Both the position numbers and the translations under genes were made by a program. A stretch of 63,083 nt of DNA, filler included, from Bipalium vagum (Eukaryota), in assembly GCA_037834085.1 (NCBI GenBank). It is 3 parts of 3 records of this genome, joined end to end, with 100 filler letters (N's around TTAATTAATTAA, not from the genome) between each part and the next. Parts side by side here need not be neighbours in the genome. Positions count along the whole stretch, not along the records: positions 47,129 to 63,083 come from JBBMKC010136098.1; 2 more parts are not named here. The stretch is one strand, 5' to 3'. This document shows, piece after piece, positions 59,201-63,083 of the stretch. How positions within the stretch are numbered: the stretch's first letter is position 1; every line of letters starts with the position of its first letter. The notes beneath the pieces are model-generated. The model was given only the letters and a program-made list of their open reading frames with translations. It was not told the origin of the DNA and did not search any database.

Positions 59201-60751
59201 CGTCAAGGTTTTCTTGGACAGGTTTATCTGGACGACTTTCGCATATATTAATAGTAAAAAGAAACTATCAATTTTAAAATATCCCGACGTCAGGCTGTCG
59301 TCGGTTGAGTGTATTTTTTCCTAAATGAAGATCCCGGTCGGAAAGGATTACGCTCGTTATTTCTGAAATACTTTTACTACTCACAATTTCTATTAATTCT
59401 GTAATACACCTTTCCTGGCCTCTTCCAACAGAATTCAGATCACACGAGCATCTCACCCTTCACCTGTTCATGTCATCTTTAAAAACGTCATCTCTTTTTA
59501 TCACTCGACTGCAATCTTTCCTTTTTATCTGGAAAGATGGATCTTCAGATTCATAATTATAAGTGATCGTTGTCATTTTAAATCGGTCTTTAGAATTGTT
59601 CTTTACCCTTTCTTTTTATCACAGAATATCTGGATGAATGAGAAAAACCTTTTTAAAGTGGATTTACAATGGTTTGATGTAATTTGTCCATCCTTATAGA
59701 TATTTCTTTCAGTTAGTGGACCCGTGTCGTCCTTAACACTGTCCAGCGCTTTTCCGTCAAAGTCTCTCTCAGTCGTATGGACACCCCCTTTGGAACCGAA
59801 CGGGGAAGTGGTCCGTTACTCAATCTCTGTCCACAATGTCTCCGATCACTCGTGCTTATTGAAACTGTTGGTGGACTGTGTCGATTGCTCAAACAATGTA
59901 GGACTTTTCAATTTGTCTTTCAAATAGCTTATAATGATTAAACCCCTTCAGATATCGTCCTTGATCCTTCCAAATAATGTCAATGCTTCCTGTCAAAAGA
60001 TATTTAAGAATTCCACTGCATTCTCCAAGACGAACTCATCGTTTTCCATCGTCATTAATGATCCTTTGGTTCGACCCTATGTGGAGTACGAAATCGTGGT
60101 TGTACCTCTGAATGGGTTTGGATGGGGTAATGAGACCAAAGTGACGAAGATGACCTCTCAATATGGTTAGTGCTGTCATCCTCTCATTTCGATTAAAGAT
60201 AAAACAAATCTATTCTTCTTACTTCTTTTGTGATGTTTTTTATTTCAAGTAAGTGGGCCCGTGTCGTCCTTAACACTGACCAGCTCATTTCCATCAAAGC
60301 CTCTCTCCGTTGAATGGACACCACCTTTCGAACCAAACGGGGAAGTGGTCCGGTACTCAATCTCTGTCCACAATGTTTCCGATCACTCGTGCTTATCGAA
60401 AATGTTCGTGGACTGCGCCGATTGCTCAAACAATGTAAGAATGCCCAGACTATCCTTAGTGTAGTTAACATTCATCATACCCCTTTAGATATCCTCATTG
60501 GCATCTTCTAATTTTAACTTCTCAACATGTCATTCAATTTATAATACTTCGAACGTATTCTCGAAGTCGAATTCCTCGTTCTCCATCGTCATTAATGATC
60601 CTGCAATCAAACCTTATGGATATTACGAGGTCTTTGTCGTGCCTTTGAATGAGTTTGGGTGGGGTAATGGTAGCCAGGTTGTCTTCAGAACGAATCAGTA
60701 CAGTAAGTTATCTAATTTGTCCAGACACTTGTCTTAATAATATAATGATAA

Positions 60752-60802
<51 letters not shown>

Positions 60803-62888
60803 TAGTTGTAATATTTGTACTTGAATAAAGTTTATCTTTGAAATCTTAAGATATAAATGAGGGTATATTTGTTAAAGATCACCAGGGGAGGACAGTTGAA
60901 GGGGCAACAATGAGCTCTATTGAGACAGTGATCGTCCTGAGTCCTAAGAACCGAGCATCATTCACTCTTAAGTTGATGAAATGACGTCAGGCCCCATTTT
61001 AATTGAGAACGTGCAATGGATATCTCCTTTGATGGTCTTCCTATTTGGGACTTCCTTCTTCGCCACCCTTAAGAAATTCCGAGCCATCAAAAGCAGAATT
61101 GTCATGACATATTAAGACTACCATCATGCTTAGTTTACTCCTTTTCTCCACTAATGGTTGTTGTGGAAGTCACATTTATCTCTTGGATGGTTACTTGACA
61201 AAAACCTCTGCTTTCAAACCAGCTGTCTTGTTATTGAACTGGTCAACCCCTTGCCTGTTTGATCTTCTCCAACGGCTTTTTGACCTTCGAGTAGTAAGTA
61301 TGCTTCTCCTGGACTTCTGCAAACGAGATTTATATAGATTCACCATTATCCCTTGCGATTGAAGCACATCTGGATCCCTCGAAAACGAATATAGATGTTT
61401 CGAACATAGTCTTGCGTATTCAATTACATTTTGGTGGTGCTACCACAATATCATTGACCAAGGATGGAAATAGCTCGTTCTGTCTGTCCTTGGTATCGCT
61501 TTAGACTGATTTCTTTCCTGTTCACTTTTTCGTCCTATCACCATGTCACGTAAGATGCCATGGAGAGGAAGTCACGTTGACCTAACTTCTCCATCACTAT
61601 CAACCACTCTCCGGAACTTGAACACATCCTCGATGAAAGGGGTACTTTTCCTTTCATGTCAAAGACAGATTATTTACATTGGTCACACTTCCGCTGAAAA
61701 TTTAGTGACATATTAAAACAAATTCCTTTTCGAAACCCAATTTTGTACGCCGACCTTTCACTGAGAGTATCCCTCATCAAGTGTGTGATCTTCTCAGAAT
61801 AAAAGTTAAACATTTTTCAAGGCAGAATTTCAACTGAACGGTTTTATCAGGGAATAAGGTTTTCTGTTTTCTCTTTGTCAAATGTTTTTTCTTGCAGTCA
61901 GTGGACCAGTGTCGTTCTCAACTGCATTCAGCTCATTTCCATCAAAACCTCTGTCAGTTGAATGGAAACCGCCTATGGATCCAAACGGGGAAGTGGTTCG
62001 GTACTCGATTTCTGTCCACAATGTCTCCGACCATTCATGCTTATTGAAACTGTTCGTGGACTGCACCGATTGCTCAAACAACGTGAGACCCTTACAGCAA
62101 TGCTTGGTATTGCCTTGACTTACCATATCTCTTCAGATATCGTCTTTGGTCTTTCCAAATAATATCAATGCTTCCTGTCGACAGATGTTAAAGAACTCCA
62201 ACGTGTTTTCCAAGCACAATTCATCGTTTTCCATTGTCATTAATGATCCTTTGGTTCGACCCTATGTGGAGTACGAAATCTTATTTGTACCTCTGAACGG
62301 GTTTGGATGGGGCAATGAGATTAAAGTCACGAAGATGACCTCTCAATATGGTTAGTGCTGTCATCCTCTTATTTCGATTAAAGATAAAACAAATATGTTC
62401 TTCTTACTTCTTTTGTGATGTTTTTTTATTTCAAGTAAGTGGGCCCGTGTCGTCCTTAACACTGACCAGCTCATTTCCATCAAACCCTCTCTCAGTCGTA
62501 TGGACACCCCCTTTCGAACCGAACGGAGAGGTGGTTCGATACTCAATCTCTGTCCACAATGTCTCCGACCACTCGTGCTTATTGAAACTGTTCGTGGACT
62601 GCACTGATTGTGCAAATAACGTGAGAACTTTCATCTTTTCCTTGACATTTAGTACCTTCAACATTCTTTTAAAGATATCTTCACTGGTCGTGCCAAATAA
62701 TAACAACGTTTTCTGTCGGGAGATATATAATAACTCAAACGTATTCTCCAGAGCGAACTTGTCATTTTATATTGTCCTTAGTGATTCATTAATCAAACCG
62801 TTTTCCAATTATGAAGTCATTGTTTTTCCTATCAACGGTTTTGGATGGGGTAATGAAACCAAGAACACCTCGAAGACCGCTCAATATG
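47187..62888 (+). CDS. giant secreted or cell-surface protein: signal peptide plus at least 15 tandem Cys-insert FN3 domains (3' incomplete; possibly a receptor-PTP-like ectodomain)
   Basis: 31 exons with GT-AG boundaries and consistent phases, about 2025 aa if all are joined. Each unit: SGPV..LSVEWTPPLEPNGEVVRYSISV..CLLKLFVDCxDCSNN|ISSL..C..IRPYVEYEIVVVPLNGFGWGNE..RTSQY, carrying the FN3 W, Y, LxPxxxY and NxxGxG signatures. Confidence 0.85.
47301..47753 (+). CDS. FN3 unit 1 (exons 47301-47485, 47540-47753)
   Basis: 185-nt and 214-nt exons, 54-nt intron. Confidence 0.9.
47841..48393 (+). CDS. FN3 unit 2 (exons 47841-48125 interrupted by an N gap, 48180-48393)
   Basis: Same unit; 100-N gap inside the first exon. 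Confidence 0.85.
48833..48853. repeat. (TG)n microsatellite
   Basis: Direct repeat. Confidence 0.85.
48980..49245 (-). mobile_element. mariner N-terminal fragment in an FN3 intron
   Basis: IRNVMFYEFRYG...VSERSVHEWFVLFRGNNFDLDDLPKS. Confidence 0.8.
49480..50030 (+). mobile_element. mariner catalytic-domain fragment in an FN3 intron
   Basis: KLLLSN*WDFKGVLFY; VYFQFDRARLH; YP*SSDL. Confidence 0.75.
50157..50607 (+). CDS. FN3 unit 3 (exons 50157-50341, 50394-50607)
   Basis: 52-nt internal intron. Confidence 0.9.
50819..51271 (+). CDS. FN3 unit 4 (exons 50819-51003, 51058-51271)
   Basis: 54-nt internal intron. Confidence 0.9.
52862..53314 (+). CDS. FN3 unit 5 (exons 52862-53046, 53101-53314)
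   Basis: 54-nt internal intron. Confidence 0.9.
53398..53851 (+). CDS. FN3 unit 6 (exons 53398-53582, 53638-53851)
   Basis: 55-nt internal intron; divergent second exon. Confidence 0.9.
53940..54960. mobile_element. decayed mariner-like fragments in an FN3 intron
   Basis: KLARGIRGTL, IVDIVTRN and MVWWN resemble KLDKWVPHEL, LDRIVTCD and VWW motifs. Confidence 0.45.
55639..56091 (+). CDS. FN3 unit 7 (exons 55639-55823, 55878-56091)
   Basis: 54-nt intron containing an in-frame TGA. Confidence 0.9.
56181..56631 (+). CDS. FN3 unit 8 (exons 56181-56365, 56418-56631)
   Basis: 52-nt internal intron. Confidence 0.9.
56862..57314 (+). CDS. FN3 unit 9 (exons 56862-57046, 57101-57314)
   Basis: 54-nt intron with an in-frame TAG; chimeric second exon. 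Confidence 0.9.
57402..57854 (+). CDS. FN3 unit 10 (exons 57402-57586, 57641-57854)
   Basis: 54-nt internal intron. Confidence 0.9.
57935..58384 (+). CDS. FN3 unit 11 (exons 57935-58119, 58174-58384)
   Basis: Second exon is 211 nt (one-codon in-frame deletion). Confidence 0.9.
59713..60165 (+). CDS. FN3 unit 12 (exons 59713-59897, 59952-60165)
   Basis: 54-nt intron with a stop codon. Confidence 0.9.
60250..60702 (+). CDS. FN3 unit 13 (exons 60250-60434, 60489-60702)
   Basis: 54-nt intron with a stop codon. Confidence 0.9.
60860..61700 (-). mobile_element. possible decayed non-LTR reverse-transcriptase fragment in an FN3 intron
   Basis: Higher GC; weak matches to D..SAFD and VL.P..F motifs. 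Confidence 0.35.
61898..62350 (+). CDS. FN3 unit 14 (exons 61898-62082, 62137-62350)
   Basis: 54-nt intron with TGA. Confidence 0.9.
62436..62888 (+). CDS. FN3 unit 15 (exons 62436-62620, 62675-62888)
   Basis: 54-nt intron; divergent second exon; ends at a GTTAGT donor. Confidence 0.9.
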
Positions 62889-63011
62889 GTTAGTCTTTTA
62901 AAATGTTATTAAATGGCGACATTGGACCACTTTTTTATAAATAATTAAACAAAAACAAGTTTCTAATTTGTTTTTTTCAATAATATTTGATAATTAATAA
63001 TAATGATGCAA

Positions 63012-63083
<72 letters not shown>
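63012..63083. repeat. (TAT)n microsatellite
   Basis: Direct repeat to the window end. Confidence 0.9.

Noticed and set aside
50168-62355. Split ORFs suggesting that many FN3 units are pseudogenes
   Set aside because: All stops and frameshifts lie inside the 52-55-nt GT-AG intron; the exons are intact
47263-62706. Recurrent minus-strand and off-frame ORFs in the array (e.g. KGLTLFEQSVQSTN...TEIEYRTTSPFGSKGG)
   Set aside because: Shadows of the repeated FN3 exon a; variable starts and stops and no splice or domain support

Overview
AT-rich animal genomic DNA with spliceosomal introns, some very short (23, 42, 52-55 nt), and many decayed Tc1/mariner elements. The window is three unrelated scaffolds joined by an artificial N-TTAATTAATTAA-N spacer (1-29334, 29435-47028, 47129-63083). 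Scaffold 1 holds four minus-strand exons of an Eph receptor ectodomain and five exons of a calbindin/calretinin-type EF-hand gene. Scaffold 2 holds a complete 3-exon MANSC1/C11orf24-like membrane protein (199 aa), a near full-length mariner, a hAT element with an 8-bp target-site duplication and a maT-like element. Scaffold 3 is the standout. A signal-peptide exon is followed by at least 15 tandem two-exon cassettes, each encoding a 133-aa fibronectin type III domain with a four-cysteine insert and many N-glycosylation sequons. All cassettes are frame-intact and splice-phase interchangeable, and they are mosaics of shared sequence blocks, which points to ongoing gene conversion or shuffling in a giant surface protein. 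No transmembrane segment or stop codon is reached before the window ends. The short introns are compatible with a compact-intron lineage such as a dicyemid, but that is inference only.
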